Source of the DNA: the human T2T-CHM13v2.0 reference genome, Homo sapiens
NCBI RefSeq assembly: GCF_009914755.1
Contig: NC_060938.1
Reading direction: 5' to 3' (one strand)
Length of the DNA stretch: 64,000 nt
The notes below the pieces were generated by a model, which had not been told where the DNA came from, ran no database searches, and saw only the letters and a list, made by a program, of their open reading frames with translations. A program made the position numbers and the translations under genes. Positions 14,160 to 29,920 of this stretch are shown here, piece by piece. Numbering within the stretch: position 1 is the stretch's first letter; each line of letters begins with the position of its first letter.

Positions 14160-14822
14160 ATGGGTGTGAATGTGCATGTCAAGGCTTTTGGAACCATTTT
14201 GACAAGGAGAACTAAGGACTAACAGAGAGGAATTAATCCAAAGTGCTAGACTGCAAAATGGTTTGACTCACCCCACAAGACGCAACAATGTGATTTCCCT
14301 GCTTAGCGTTCTATACAGGCTGGAGTTAAACATCTTTAAATTACCTATCTTAGAAATGCACAATCAAATTAAAATAATGTTTTGGGAGCTGAGCAGACCA
14401 TGGTAGTTTCTCCGGCCAAACTAGAGACCAAGACTTATTACTTGAGTCTTGCAGAATTTTAAGGACCTAGGATAAGAATAGCAACTCTTATCCACTGAAG
14501 TTGAGTGCAATCGGGAGTGCCCATAAGGGAACAGCTTTGTGGTTAGACAGGTTCCCTATTTTAAAAATGCCTCTCAATTTTCTATAAGTTACATACACAG
14601 CTTTAGAAAGGAATGCAATAAAATAAAAAGCTTCAACAGCAAATGTTTAATGTATAAATTCCCTTGCTCACCATAGATTGTTGAAGGTAGTGAGATGGAC
14701 AAAAGTAGAGCCCTGAAGATGACTATAGATAAAAGTAGACATTTTTGTTTCATTTTCAACACCTTCTAGAAAAAACCTATTTTAAATAGAAGAACTACAT
14801 ACTAGACTCTTCTAGTAGAGTC

Positions 14823-15120
<298 letters not shown>

Positions 15121-16706
15121 TAGAGTCTTTTTCAACCGCTTCTAGAAAAAACCCATTTCAAAAAGAAAAGCCACATACTAGACTCCTCTGGTAGGGACAC
15201 AGATGAGTAGGCTTCTCTTTCCTAATGAGGAAAAGTGGGGGTTTGGTTTTGAAAAGTTGCTGTCAACCCCGGATCAAGCCTGCACACCTCACAGCTAAAA
15301 CCAGGCAGAGAGGGTGGCAGTGGTTGCAGCCGTAACATGGCCTCCAGTTGGCTTGTTATATGATCCTCACCAGCTTCCCTGGGAGGAGGAAAAACATTTT
15401 TTTCTCTAATGGCTCAGATTGTCTTCACTACTTACCAGCAGGAGTTTGTAACAACTTTGTTCTCACAGGTTTTAAGGGTTTGAAGAGAAACAAAATATCA
15501 CACATTTCTAACAGGCAGGAAGAAGCCAAAATCTACCTCATTAGTGAATGGAAAACAGTGTCCCCTTTGGACCAGATCAAGAGGTCAATGGGTATATGAC
15601 TGAAAGACCCTATTTATTAAGCAAATACCCATTACATGGGTCAAGTCCAAGGCCAGCATGATGGGTAAGCAACTCCCCATATGGTTTCATTTCAGGGACT
15701 GAAATACCACTCCCTTGATCCTCTACATGCCAAATACAGCTCCTATGTGCCCACTGATGCCTGAAATGTCTTTTATAGGAAAAATATCTTTCACTTAGCA
15801 GTCAGTAACAAGTTTCATAATGAAAGCACCTTAGGTGTGACTTTAAGAACACACTGAGGTGCGAGCGACTAGAGCCCGGACTCTCTTGAGAGTAAGTTTA
15901 ATGATTGAGGGAAGAAAGAGCCTCTGGCCTGGATGGAAAGAAAAAAAAGAAATGGGGAGAAGGGGCAGAATGAGAAGAATGGGGAGCAGACCGATTGTTC
16001 ATTTGCTGTTGCTCACTTCCAAAGTGAGATGGAAAGTACTTATCATAATGTTTGGCTCATAGCAAGCTCTCAATACAAGTTAATCATTCTTATTTATAGT
16101 TTTGACAGGTTCAGGTCATGTCAGTTTGGAGATAAACCTAGAGATTCTCTGCTCTGAAGTTATAGTGCTTATCTATAAAATCTACAGCCTTGAAAATCAT
16201 TCTCTTTCCATTTTCTCTATCCTGTTCCCATCCTAATATTTTCTCTGCATTATTCTTTAATCCTTTGCATAGAGAAGAATCTAAAGGAATCTTAACAGGC
16301 TATGTATCAAGAAGAGGGTTGCAATTAGAGCATACCTAAACCAACTTTTGGTATTCAGCCATATACCGCGTGTCTCTGTCACATTTGTATAGCAAATTTT
16401 CCCTGTACGATTGGAGGATCTCTGATTAATGTCTTTCTAGTTATGGGGCCCTATGTCCATAATCACCCATCCAAAAGGCTCACCTCCGGGCACATCACCT
16501 CCATGCAGCCTTCCCTGATGACTCCAGCTCACAGTGAGTTCTTTATGTGAACTTCTGAAGTAGAACCAATTGCCATTACCTCTCACTGGGCATTCATATA
16601 TATTCTAGTTTTATTATTAACATACACATGGTTATTCAGCATTTAATATATGTGTGTGTCAGTTTTTCTCTCTCTAACTAGGCTACAAACTTCTGGTTAG
16701 GATCCA

Positions 16707-17286
16707 TGTGGTGGGCAGCCTCTGAGATAATTCCCAGTGATCCCTGCATCCTGGAATTCATAACCTTGTGTAACCCCTTTCCCTATAACTGTGTGATGGA
16801 CCTGGTCACTTGATACGAGTGACTGGAATAATGTAAAAGTTTAAGGATGCCACTTTTGAGATTAGGCTACGAGAAAACCCATAATTCCTGTCCTGCTAGC
16901 TCTCTCTGGCTCACTCTTATTGCTCAATGAGATGGAAGTCAGTTGCCATGTTTTTAGCTGCCCTCTGGCAAGAAACTGAAGAAAGACCCTGATCAACAGC
17001 CTGCAAGATATTGAGACCCTCAATTTAACAGCTTGTGAGGAACTGAATCTTGCCAGTAATCACACAAGTGATCTTAAAAATGGATTATCCATCTGTTGAG
17101 TCTTCAGATGAGAATGCAGCCCTGACTGACACCTTGAATGCAGCCTTGTAGGAGATCTTGAGGGAGAAGCACTCAGGTGAGCTGTGCCTGGATTCCTAAT
17201 ACACAGAAACTGTGAGATAGTAAATGACTGTTGTTTCATGCTGTTGAAATTTGGAGTAATTTGTTATTTAGCAATAGATAACATAC
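16707..17286 (+). mobile_element. MaLR LTR, MLT1F-like
   Basis: Starts tgtggtgggcagcctctgagat; 3' end 'aaatttggagtaatttgttatttagcaatagataac' is typical of MLT1. Confidence 0.8.
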
Positions 17287-17395
17287 TCCATATACCTATG
17301 CACTGGAGCAAACAAATGCCTGGAACGCTGAAGAAATCTGCTTTTAGGTACCTGGAAATCATCTGTTTCCTTCCCTCTCAGGTGGGTGAGGGTGA

Positions 17396-17776
<381 letters not shown>

Positions 17777-18127
17777 AGTCAGAGGCCTAATTAATGGATG
17801 GAGAAATTTAAGAATAACAAAACCAAATGAAGTTGATCATTTAAGGGGCTAAGTGACATTGAAGGTTGAGGTTTAGCGCTAATATAAAAAGGTCAAAGAG
17901 TGAGCAACAGTGGGAGAGGCTTGGAGACATCTCGTTTCTAAAGATGGAGTGAGTAGAGTTTGTAGAAATGTAGAAATATTTGTCAGGATGAGAAACAGTG
18001 GTAGATCCATGTACAGATGAGGTTGCAAACACTAATAGCTATGGTCCCAGGAAATGAGTCAAGTGGGTGGGTTAGGGGCTTGGTGAATTGGAGAGGTCAA
18101 GCTTAGTTTTAGGGAATATAGTTCACA

Positions 18128-18547
18128 ATGTGGTACCCTCCTCAAATCTCCCTCCACAGGGGTAATATACCCAGTCTCCAGCTCCTGGAAATATTGGCTG
18201 TTAGTGGTTCACAGGTTCATTCCTCACTGAGCATTGCCTTAAGCCACAGGGAAGTACCTCACCCGAGGTTATGTCTCATCCCTGGGGTGGCTTGTGGCCA
18301 AAGACTGACAGATGAAGGATTACAGAGAACTGACTCCTGTGTCTCATTGTGGGACAATCCCCAAAGCTCATCTCCATTCCAGGGCTCCCCATATGATTGC
18401 CTGAGGCCTAAAAGGCAAGTGCATTTCAGGCCGGCTTTTCCCTCTGCTAAATTCTTTTTCTCCCCAATTTCTCACAATGTATCTCTCAGGAGCAACCACC
18501 AATCAACCTTTTGCATGCAACTCCCATCTCAAAGTCAATTTAAGACA
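18128..18547 (+). mobile_element. ERVL LTR, LTR16C-like
   Basis: 'gggacaatcccc...ccagggctcccc...tgaggcct...tgcatgcaactcccatctcaaagtc...taagaca' resembles the LTR16C 3' half. Confidence 0.6.
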
Positions 18548-18554
18548 AGGGGAT

Positions 18555-18772
18555 AGCAACTGTTCAGCTCCACCAACTGTTGCCATGCACAATCATGTAG
18601 ACCCATTGATGTCAGATCTTGTTTTTCAAGAGAAGCTAGAAATGCAAGTATGTAACTGAAATATTCTAATCCTTCTATATTGGAAAATAACTCTAAGAGA
18701 ACATCTCTGAAGTGAAACAAAACACATCTGTGGGCCAAATTCAGCTAATGAGCCATGAGTTTGAGTCCTCTA
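18555..18772. mobile_element. MER103C-like hAT-Charlie DNA transposon remnant
   Basis: 'cagatcttgtttttcaagagaagctagaaat...aaacaaaacacatctgtgggcc...agtttgagtcctct'. Confidence 0.55.
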
Positions 18773-19061
18773 ACACTTGCATGTGAAGTTGGATTTTATA
18801 TTATTTCTTTCATATTTCTGTTAATATTCATCATTTGCTTAAGAATTGGACTTTCTTTATGAGGGTTGGAGAGGGGAAAGTGGAGGAGGTTTAATTTTCT
18901 TTGATCTCAGTGCCACATGTAAGTAATTAAGTAAACTTAATTCCTTTTCTTCCCTTCAAAATGGGCTGAAAAAGCAGACTTCTAGATTTTCATGAGTATT
19001 GGGGATAGAGAGCCTTCTCACCCATCATTTTTTGGCACTCTTCCTAAAGGCATTAGATACT

Positions 19062-19152
19062 AAGGATGACCCTGGTTTACACCTGTTATTCTAGTGTAAT
19101 TACCTTCACTCCCCAGAATTCTGGTCCAGTTTGGATAATAAATTTTGTCTCC
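19062..19152. mobile_element. MER81-like DNA transposon fragment
   Basis: 'ccctggtttacacctgttattctagtgtaatta...ccagtttggataataaatt'. Confidence 0.45.
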
Positions 19153-20189
19153 TTCATGAGGAAACCATATATTCTTACCTCTCTAGGTATATTTTCTTCC
19201 ATGAATAAAACCTTTGGATTTCCAGAATAGTTAAGATATACTGCCTTCTAAAGAATAAAATTCGTTAAAAGTAACATTTTTCTTCTGCAAGTTGAAATCA
19301 TCTGCAATGTCCCAGTGCAGCAATTTGACCCAATACCACTTTTCAGGGGAATAGTTTTCACACTCACTTCATAGTTTAAACCAATTTGAGTTTTACTACT
19401 AATTTGCCTTATTTTAATTTGGATACGCTGAAGTAGTTCAGGTGCTTCCAAACACTTAGTGCCTCATTAGCTGATAGCTGTAGTCTAATGACTTTCAGAC
19501 CAAATGAGAGCTTCCAGGGTGTTGGATACCAGCGGAAACAGCTCTTTGCAAATGAAAGGAGAGGAAGCCAGAATTGGATTTAATTCCATCCTTTGTTAGT
19601 TTTGGGTTTATTTAAATAAAATTGTAATTATTTTTAGTGGTGCTGATTGATGAGAAATCCCTGGGTAAATAGACCGAAGCCATCACATGGTCCATCACAT
19701 AGTTGAGTAAGTACCTAACAAGGGAAGCCACTTCTATTAGAGGGTTCAGTGTAATTTTCAAAGTTCAGCCATGGCAATAGATGTTAATGTAAACCTGTGC
19801 ATGTGTGTGTGTGTGTAAATATCTATACACTTGCATATATATAAACACACATTTCCACATACATGTACATGTATGTATACATACACATACATAAAATTAT
19901 ATTCATTAAATATATGACTACTTTTTAATTCCTTAGTGTGTAGATTAGGCTCCTTGGTTACACTGAGAGCGTGAGACTCACTCGGCCTATCTCAAGCACA
20001 AATGTGAGAATAAGGGAGATGGGAATCTTTCAGGGAGAAGATCAACCAAGATTCCAGGACACACAAGGTTCTAAAAAGTAATTCAGGATGTAGACAGTCA
20101 CTCTTAGTTGCCTATCTAACCTCGATTCCCACTCCAACTTTTATTATTTTTAAAACCTTACCTTTTATCTTCTCCCATGGAAGATAAGC

Positions 20190-20680
20190 TACTGCCCAAC
20201 CTCAGAGGATAAATTATGTTTTTTCTAGGGCTGGCAGCATAATCCAATTCCTTTTGCTAATGATTGCTTTAGGAATGCACATGAGAACTCTTTCTAGGCA
20301 ATGATGCATATAAGAAAATCTGTTGTGGTAATTTGGGAAGGGTTTTGCTCCCTGGTAAGACAAAAAATGGTAATGAGGATGGTCCTATTTTTTTTTTTTT
20401 GGCCATGCAGTGTTGTACAAGGATTTTATGATTGGAGCTAAGCTTTCATCTTGAAAGCATGAGGCTAAAAACCTAGAGATGAAGAATCATATGTGAATAA
20501 TAGTCTTGCAGAAGGATAGAAAAGACTCTGTCTTTTACAATGCACTGAAACAGTGTCCCCAAACCTGGACCACCTACCTCCAGATTTCTTGTCATGTGAG
20601 AAAAAAAAAAATCCATTGTTTAAGCCAATCTTGGTTTGGTAGTTCACTGCTTACAGCCCAAAGCATCCTTAACTGACAAT
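20190..20680 (+). mobile_element. MaLR LTR, MLT1J-like
   Basis: 3' end 'cctacctccagatttcttgtcatgtgagaaaa...ttgtttaagcca...cagcccaaagcatccttaactgaca'. Confidence 0.65.
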
Positions 20681-21328
20681 GCCCAAAGAAGTTGTAGGGG
20701 CCAGGTTATCTTGTTTCCTATTCAGTATCAGGGCTTTGTGGCTATTAATTTCCATATGTTCAGGGTGACTTTAATCAGAATCAAGGGAGCTTTCTGAGCA
20801 TTATTAGTTCAGAATTCTAGTGGCCCTGATTAGATTTCTTCCTTCCTATGCTTCAGAATTGAGCAGTGTTACAGCCCTCCCTTGGACATACTGCAGGTTT
20901 ATCCACTAAATAGAGGTCCAAGGGATAACATGAAGACTTTCTGCTTTGGTACATTTTGCCTTCACACTTTCCTTAGTTGATCATTCACAAGTTGGACACA
21001 TTTGTTGAGCACCTGATATGTCTAGGTTTGAAAATTTGGTAGGAAAATACAGAACTGCTTCGTGCCTTCTTAGAGTTTACATTCTAGTAAGATTATGCAA
21101 TTTCTAGATTCATATTCACCTGACTTTTTAATGCAGAATTCCAGGGACCCTCAAAATGCTGAGCAGCAAGAATGCATTATGGAAACCCCCAGAATGAATG
21201 TGTCTGTCTTTGAATGTGATGATGATGATAGCAGGGAATTCCTTTTCTATTATTTTCTCCTTTTTGCTGTGATACTGCAAGCAGTTGAGAAGTGGTAAAA
21301 TATTTTGGTATGTGTCTGGTGGCAAATC

Positions 21329-21630
<302 letters not shown>

Positions 21631-22309
21631 GGCTGGTGGTAAATCTTAACAAAGGTCTCCCAGCTTTTATGTTGGTATTAAACCAGTTGCAAGTCCTAGG
21701 ATACCAGGACTTCCATTTGGGATGAAACAGGGAAGGAACTGTGCCTTAACTGGCTTCTCCACTTACACATCTGGGCAAGAATATTAAATTTGAAAGTTCT
21801 TGCCAAAAAAACAACTCAAAACCAAAAATTACATTCAGTTTGTTTCAATTTTGCCTGTAGTTTTTATTGGATGGGGGCATCATTGCTTCTTGTCCTAAGT
21901 CAGCCTCACTTCATCATGGAGTGAGTGCCTTGGGCTACTGGATGGCCAGGGTTGGAGCTGTTATTTCTTGCTTGTTTATCTCCCTTTACGTATTTGGCAC
22001 CATGGGACTATTTGACTACCCAGGGAAAATATTTACAGAGAGCCTTGGATCAGACAAGGATGAATCTCTGCTTGGTGGCTTACTGTGGTTCTTTTGGCAT
22101 TCCACAGAACAACAACTAAAATAATTCTTTACAAGTATATTTATGGAGAGTAGGTTGATAGTGTTTTCTTTGATACTTCCTTTGCTTTTTCACATAGTCT
22201 TCTTTAATTTTCTATTTGTTGGGATTCTAATAGAGATATTCTTCAAACACCCCTTTAGCAAAACTTCCTTTTAAATCAAATTTTATTTTCTAGGCAGTTC
22301 TCTGGATTC

Positions 22310-22919
<610 letters not shown>

Positions 22920-23945
22920 GTTCTCTGCATTCTTAATACCAGCCTAGAGTAGTAATTATCCTAACCATTCCTGTTCCCCTTTACATTTGTAAGTTAAGCC
23001 TCTCAATCTTTTTCTCCCATCATTTTTTAATCTGCATTTCACAGGTGGTGACTGGGGTTGGTTCCTGGGGACCGTGACTTTGCCCCACTAATTATTTTAA
23101 TATTTAAAATCTTAGAAATGATTTTAAGAATGAAGTTCTGTTCTGGATCTTGGCCTACCACAATGGCTTGGAGGTGTGACTAAGTCCAACTGTATTTTTT
23201 TTTTCAATTTTCTCAGGGAAACATTTGTATTTATTTTTTATAGTACTGTGTTTCAAATAAATTTGCTTCATTAAAAAATTCATTTCATCAGTTAGAGACA
23301 CTGGGGCAGAAGATAGATCAGTCCTGTGATGAACTGTTAGCTATACATGTAGTTATAAAAAACATTTAAGGTAAATTTGAACAGGAAATCAGTTGATAGG
23401 CTGCATTGCTATTAGCTATATCTATGAACTAGGTTCACAGTTGGTGGTTGGTGGAAAATATTTTGCTTCATTAAAGTCCACTTTTTTTTGTTTTTAAAGT
23501 ATGTACCCTTAGTATAAGACAAAGTTGTATCTATACATAAAGGGTGAACATTTTGCTGAGCTTTTCATGGATTTGATCAATCAGATATGTACATTACATT
23601 GTGTATTAATTAAGAAATTATTCAGATTTGGCTTTAGTATTAATTTGGTACTTGAACTTAAAGTAACAAGGACTGGCAGTCTATTCGTGGCTTTAAGAAG
23701 TAGAAGATAACTGAAACAAAAGTATAGACTTCCTAATTTTAAAATGTGCATCTTCTAAATGGAAATTTATAATTTTTCAAGTAAAATTAAGAATTGACTT
23801 TGAGATGTCTGATTACAAGGCTACTAGGCCTCTTCTCTATTCCCTCAAACCTCTCCCTTCTTAATTATTCTCTGCTGCTAATAAGATGCTAGGGCTGAAT
23901 AAAATTGTCCCTTAGGAAGCCCTTAGTCATCAGCTAAGCACAGCC

Positions 23946-23974
23946 CCTCTCCCTCTCTCTCTCTCTCTGTCTCT
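23946..23974. repeat. (CT)n microsatellite
   Basis: cctctccctctctctctctctctgtctct. Confidence 0.8.
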
Positions 23975-24369
23975 CGTCGTTCACATTGAAATCATTTTGG
24001 GAGCGAGAAATGCAGTATTAAATATTTTGATTTCACAGACCTTTAAGCTTCCTTGCTAGCAAGGGAGTTAGATTAAACAGAAATAATATTGTCCAAAACA
24101 AACTTGTTAAATAGAATGCATTAACAAGAAGCTGAAAGACTTGCATAGCACAAGGTCAGGTGTGCAAGGAATTGTACTTGTTCATTCTTCTGTAATACAA
24201 CAATTTTTTTAAGATTCTCATTTAGCTTAGTTCCCCATCAGATCTAAGTTTAGGAGGATTTATGTGTTGCTGTGGCAGTGTGTGTGGTGGAGGAGAGGGG
24301 GGCTTATAGCTTTCCCGGTCACGTGTCCACACAGGATCTCTGACATCCATTGTCTAGTTTGGCCCTTAA

Positions 24370-24700
<331 letters not shown>

Positions 24701-24934
24701 AGAGATACTCTTGATTTGGTAGGCAGGGCCATTTCACTATTTTCTGCTGTCTGCTCTGTGTCATGCTTGGTGCAGGCCGTAGTCTTCCTCTTTCACATCT
24801 GCCTCTGGGCTTTAGAATTCCTTATTTCTAATTTTGTGTTTATTCTGTCTCATTTATTATTAATTAGACAGGCCAAGAGTTTGTCTATTTTATCATCTAT
24901 CTTCCCCTTTGCTGAGTCCCCTCATATAAAAAAC

Positions 24935-25420
24935 CTATATAATTTTCTTACTGTATAAATTTAAGATGTAAAACATGATGTTTTGATATACAGATACAGT
25001 GAAATGGTTACTAAAGGTAAGCAAATGAACATATCCATCACCTTCCATATATCTTTATTTTAGTAAGAACACCTAAAATCTGCTCTCCTAGCAAATTTCA
25101 ATTTACAACGTACTATTGACTACAGTCCTCATGTTGTACATTAGATCTCTAGACCTAGTCATCCTATGTAACTGCAAGTTTGTACCCTTTGACCTACATC
25201 TCCCAATTTTCTCTCCCTCCTCACCTCTGGTGACCACTATTCTATTGTTTCTATGTGTTTAACTTTTTTTTTTGATTCCACATATAAGTGAGATCATGCG
25301 ATATTTTTCTTTCTGTGTTTGGCTTATTTCACTTAGTGTATGCTCGCCACGTTCATTGATGTTGTTGCAAATGGCAAGATCTTCTTATGTCTCAAGGCTA
25401 AATTGTGTTCCATGTATAAG
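24935..25420 (-). mobile_element. L1MA (MA8/MA9-like) 3' end
   Basis: 'acatgatgttttgatatac...catgttgtacattagatctctagacc...gattccacatataagtgagatcatgc...ggcttatttcacttag'. Confidence 0.8.
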
Positions 25421-25601
25421 TAAAAAAAAAATACATGTATACACACAAATATATATACACATATATACAAATATATATAAATATATCTATACAAACATAG
25501 TTTATCTTCCTTAGTTCTATGCCGTTATTTTAAATTTTCTTTTTTGCTTTTTTTCTTATAATAACATTTATCATATTTTCATTTGTTGTTCTTTAAATTA
25601 A

Positions 25602-25923
<322 letters not shown>

Positions 25924-26253
25924 AATAGTCCCTCTTTTAATAAAAAAGTTTAGGTTGTTTATATTTAATTTAAGAATTGAAAACTTAGTTTTTTCCCTTC
26001 ATTTTACTTTGTTGTTTCCTCTTTTTCTCCTTTATTTTTGTATGTTTGATCAAGTTACTGATCATTTCCTTTTTATTCATGTTAATTAGTTGTTTCTTGG
26101 TATTTTTCTCTTCTGCCATTTGGAATCTTTTTATTCCCAACACACATAATTGAATATATCTCTCTCTACTATTATATGAAATAAAGAAATTAAGCATATT
26201 CCTCAACCAAGGCTATCTACCATTCCCAATTATTAAGTTGAGACCTACAGATA

Positions 26254-26378
26254 CAGGATGGTCATATGTCTTGATTTACTTTTGAAAATCCCAGTTTATT
26301 TCTGTTACCCTGTCATAATTAGTAATTGTACCCTCTTTTAATCTAAAAGTGTTTCAGTTTGTATGTGAAATTATATGT
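26254..26378. mobile_element. MER81-like hAT-Blackjack element
   Basis: 'caggatggtcatatgtc...cccagttta...cataattagtaat...aaaagtgtttcagtttg...aaattatatg'. Confidence 0.55.
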
Positions 26379-26517
26379 ATACAGTTAAATGTGCATGATA
26401 AACATCTTAGATTGTTTTTGTCTTCCCACCCTTCTCCTACATACACAGGAATATATATGTAGAGGAATGCATACAAGCAAGAATACATGCAATGATGCCT
26501 TTCATTTTCTTGTGTTT

Positions 26518-26710
26518 ACAGCATAGTACAGTAGTTAAAAGAAGACTCTAGAGCTGTGTGCAAGCTCTACAATATTGAGCAAGTTGTCTCTGCCTCAATT
26601 TACTCATCTTTAGAAAGGGGATAATATCATTTGCTTCATAGGGTTGTTGTGACAATTTAATTAAATAATGCTACACATATTATGTGCTACAAAATGATTG
26701 GCTATAATTC
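26518..26710 (+). mobile_element. MIR SINE
   Basis: 'ctctgcctcaatttactcatctttagaaaggggataat...cttcatagggttgttgtga'. Confidence 0.7.
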
Positions 26711-27093
26711 CCTGTTCCCTCCAAAGTCATAGTTAGTTGATTACATTTAGTCTCACACCACTGTTAGTTTCAGCTTTGCTCTGTGACTATTCTGGTTCAA
26801 GTATTTGTAATATTACAAATTCCTAATGAGTCTATCATTTCTACTCTGGTTTACTGCTGACCACCGTTATCTCACCTTCTGTTCCCTTATTTGGTTAGAG
26901 TTCTTTCCTAAGTAATTTCCTCAGTTGGGTTCTCTGGGTGACGTGCTCTCAGAATCTTTTATATGTCTGTAAATATACTTCGGTCTGGATAAAAGATGAT
27001 TTTCTTATAATCTTTTTACATCATTAACCAATAAAACTTATTCTTCTGTTTTCTAGTATCTAAAGTTACAGATGGAAAATTAGTGTTAGTTTC

Positions 27094-27836
27094 TGTATTA
27101 GTTTTGTAGGGCTGCCATAGTAAAGTACCACAGACTGGGTGGCTTATGTAATGAAAATTTATCTTTTCACAGTCCTGGAGGCTGTAGAAGTCTGAGATCA
27201 AGGTGTAGGCAGGGTTGGTTTCTCCTGAGTCCTCTCTCCTTGGTTTGCAGATGGCCCTCTTCTGCAAGAGGTCTTCACATGCTTTTCCCTCTGTGTGTGT
27301 CTGTGTCCTTAGTTACTGATACGGTTAGGCTTTGTGTCCCCACCCAAATCTTATCTTGAATTACAATCCCCACAATCCCCATGTGTCAAGGGAGAGAGAC
27401 CAGGTGAAGGTAACTGGATCATGGGGTTGGTTTCCCCCATGCTCTTCTCATGATAGTGAGTTCTCACAAGATCTGGTGGTTTTATAAGTGTTTGGTAGTT
27501 CCTTCTACATCATTCTCTCTCCTGCTGCCCTGTGAAGAAGGTGCCTGCCTTCCCCTTTGTCTTCCGCCATGATTGTAAGTTTCCTGAGGCCTCCCCAACC
27601 ATAGGGAACTGTGAGCCAATTAAACCTCTTTCCTTTATAAATTACTCAGTTTCGGGAAGTTTTTTTATAGCACTGTGAGAATGAACCAATAATTACATTG
27701 GACTAGGGCCCACCGTAATGACTCCTTTTAACAAAATTGTCTCTTTAAGGTCCTGTCTCTAAATACAGTGACATTCTGAGGTATTGGGAGGAGTTCAACA
27801 TATGAATTTTGGGGTAACAAAATTCAGCCCTTAACA
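27094..27836 (-). mobile_element. MaLR LTR, MLT1A/A0-like, split by THE1
   Basis: Starts tgtattagtt...gggctgccata...aagtaccacagactgggtggctta; ends aattcagcccttaaca. Confidence 0.85.
27317..27691 (+). mobile_element. THE1 (C/D-like) solo LTR
   Basis: tgatacggttaggctttgtgtccccacccaaatc...caattaaacctctttcctttataaattac; 5-bp TSD gttac/attac. Confidence 0.9.
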
Positions 27837-29459
27837 ATTTTATTCTTTTCTTTTTGTAAATATACCTCTCTTTCCCTCTCTCTCTTGCTTGCTCTCTCCC
27901 TCCTCTTCTGCATCACTCTGGAACTCGGCCCTTTTAATCTGCAGCCTCAAGTGTTCAGCCAGAAACATTTCCTTAATTATTTTTGCTGGTTCTCTAACTT
28001 ATTCTTTTTCTCTTTCTGAAACACCTATTACTTCTCCATCTTTTAAGACTTTTTTCTTCTTTATTTCCATCTCTAGGTGTATTTCTTCTAAGTTGTGAGG
28101 TATTTCTTACAATTAATCTTCTAGATCGCTAATTTAATTTTCAATAATAATAATAGTCACTTTCAATTAATATATTCACTTTGTAAGTTTGAAATGTATG
28201 TTTTCCAGTTAAGGAATACTTTTATTGTGCTAACACTGATTTACTTTCATTCTATTTGATTGCATTTTTGTTAAAAATTCAACTTTCTCCTCTGGAAATC
28301 CTCTCTCTCTTCAAAGTACATAATCACAAATTTCTATGTTTTTGTCCACTCTTAGATTGCTGGGTTGGTTCTCTTGGGTGCATTGTTAACTTCCTTTACC
28401 TAGGTTTTACTTATTCTTAGTGCTTGGGTAAAACTAATGAGTACTTAGTGCTTGTGTGCTTGGGTAAAACTAATGGGAAGCCCATGAGCGATGGTCACAA
28501 CTTCAAAGAGAGAAACAAAATCCATGCTCACTGTTCTGTCTCATGCTCTTACCTCAATGGTGTCTCACATTTGAAAAGTGGCAGATTGGACTTGGAAACG
28601 GCTGACATATTCTGCACTGAGGATTGAAATGGAAAGAAAGTGATAAAGATTTGGAAGTAGGTATAGGTACAGAATTACAGATGGTTACCACATGTCTGTA
28701 AAGGAAGCTTTGGAGTCACCTGGTAACCTCTGAATCTAGAAATGGAGTTAGAAAACAGCAGTTTAGCATGGGTTATGATACCTGATCCAGAAAGTAGCCC
28801 TCTGTTATGACTTTGTGTGGTTATTTTCTGGTAACTTTTATGCTCTGGTAACAATTCACTGCTTCTGTTGAGCAACCTCTAATATTCTGTAGCTTTCTTT
28901 CTGGGATTGTGACCTCTACTCATGCACATCGGTTTGGGTGGTTGAGACCCTGAGTGATGACAAGTGTTTCAGTTTCTGCAATGTGCTTTTGTTGTGGAGT
29001 CGTGCTTAAGGACATAATCTGCAAATCCGTGATATCATATGTTTGGAAATAGGCATGATGAAAACGCCTAAGGAATTTATCAGAAACATTTAGAGGTATC
29101 CCGAGAAAGAGGAAGAAGGAAAACATACCATTTCCCATTGCTTATTTACTGATCAATACAGGAAGTTTAGAATTGAAATTATGACCTAACTCTGTTTTTT
29201 AATTGCCATTACAATAGATTTTGGGATCATGGGCTTCCAGAAATAATCCTTGGCTATAATTTCATCTTCATTAGCTTGGGGGAAGTTTCACAAACTCAGT
29301 CAATTTCTATGTTGGTAAAGTGAAAATAACAATACAGATGGGATATGCTAAAATAATGCAGAGGACCTTTTGACTGGCACATAAGGGCACTCAGTAGTAT
29401 CAGCTATTATTGTTTTTTCAATTTTATTGTTTATCTTACTGTTACATTAATAAATTATG

Positions 29460-29920
29460 CTTAGAATACTTATCTGCAAACACTGGAAAGTCACATCCAC
29501 TTGGGTTAAGCAAAAAAGGAGACATTTATTAGATTATATAATGGAAAAGTTCAGGAATAGATCAGACTTCAAGAATAACTGATTCACACTGATACAATGT
29601 GACAAGGATGTCTTTCTTCCTTCTTTATTTCTTGAGCCATAATAGCTTCATTCTCAGTCTCCGTGTGGTGGCAAGATTGTTCAACCAGTTCCAAGACCCA
29701 TGTCATAAGAAAGATTGAGTATCTTAGTCCCAGCAGACATAGATGTGTGTTCAGAGTCTGACCAGACAGCTTGGGTCAGTTGCCCACCTCTGAGGCAAAC
29801 TACAGCCTCATGCACTGGATCAGATGTGGGGATGGAGCCCACCCCGACTGTGTTGGCTGAGGATAGGGCAGAGCTATTGAGAGAAGGGGGAATGGGTGCT
29901 GGGGGAGATGAGCAACAAAG
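29460..29920 (-). mobile_element. MaLR LTR, MLT1K-like
   Basis: 'ttaagcaaaaaaggagacatttatt...aaaagttcagg...gcttcattctcag...gcttgggtcagttgcccacctctga'. Confidence 0.55.

Larger units (their letters stand above)
26860..28200 (-). mobile_element. Very old L1M/HAL1-like fragment hosting the MLT1A/THE1 insertion
   Basis: T-rich antisense L1M-type phrases ('cttctgttttctagtatc...gatggaaaattagtgttagt', 'ctctttctgaaacacctatta', 'ttaatcttctagatcgctaatt'); highly diverged. Confidence 0.4.

Noticed and set aside
18128-18556. 142-aa ORF
   Set aside because: It coincides with an LTR16C-like element and has no protein similarity that I recognise.
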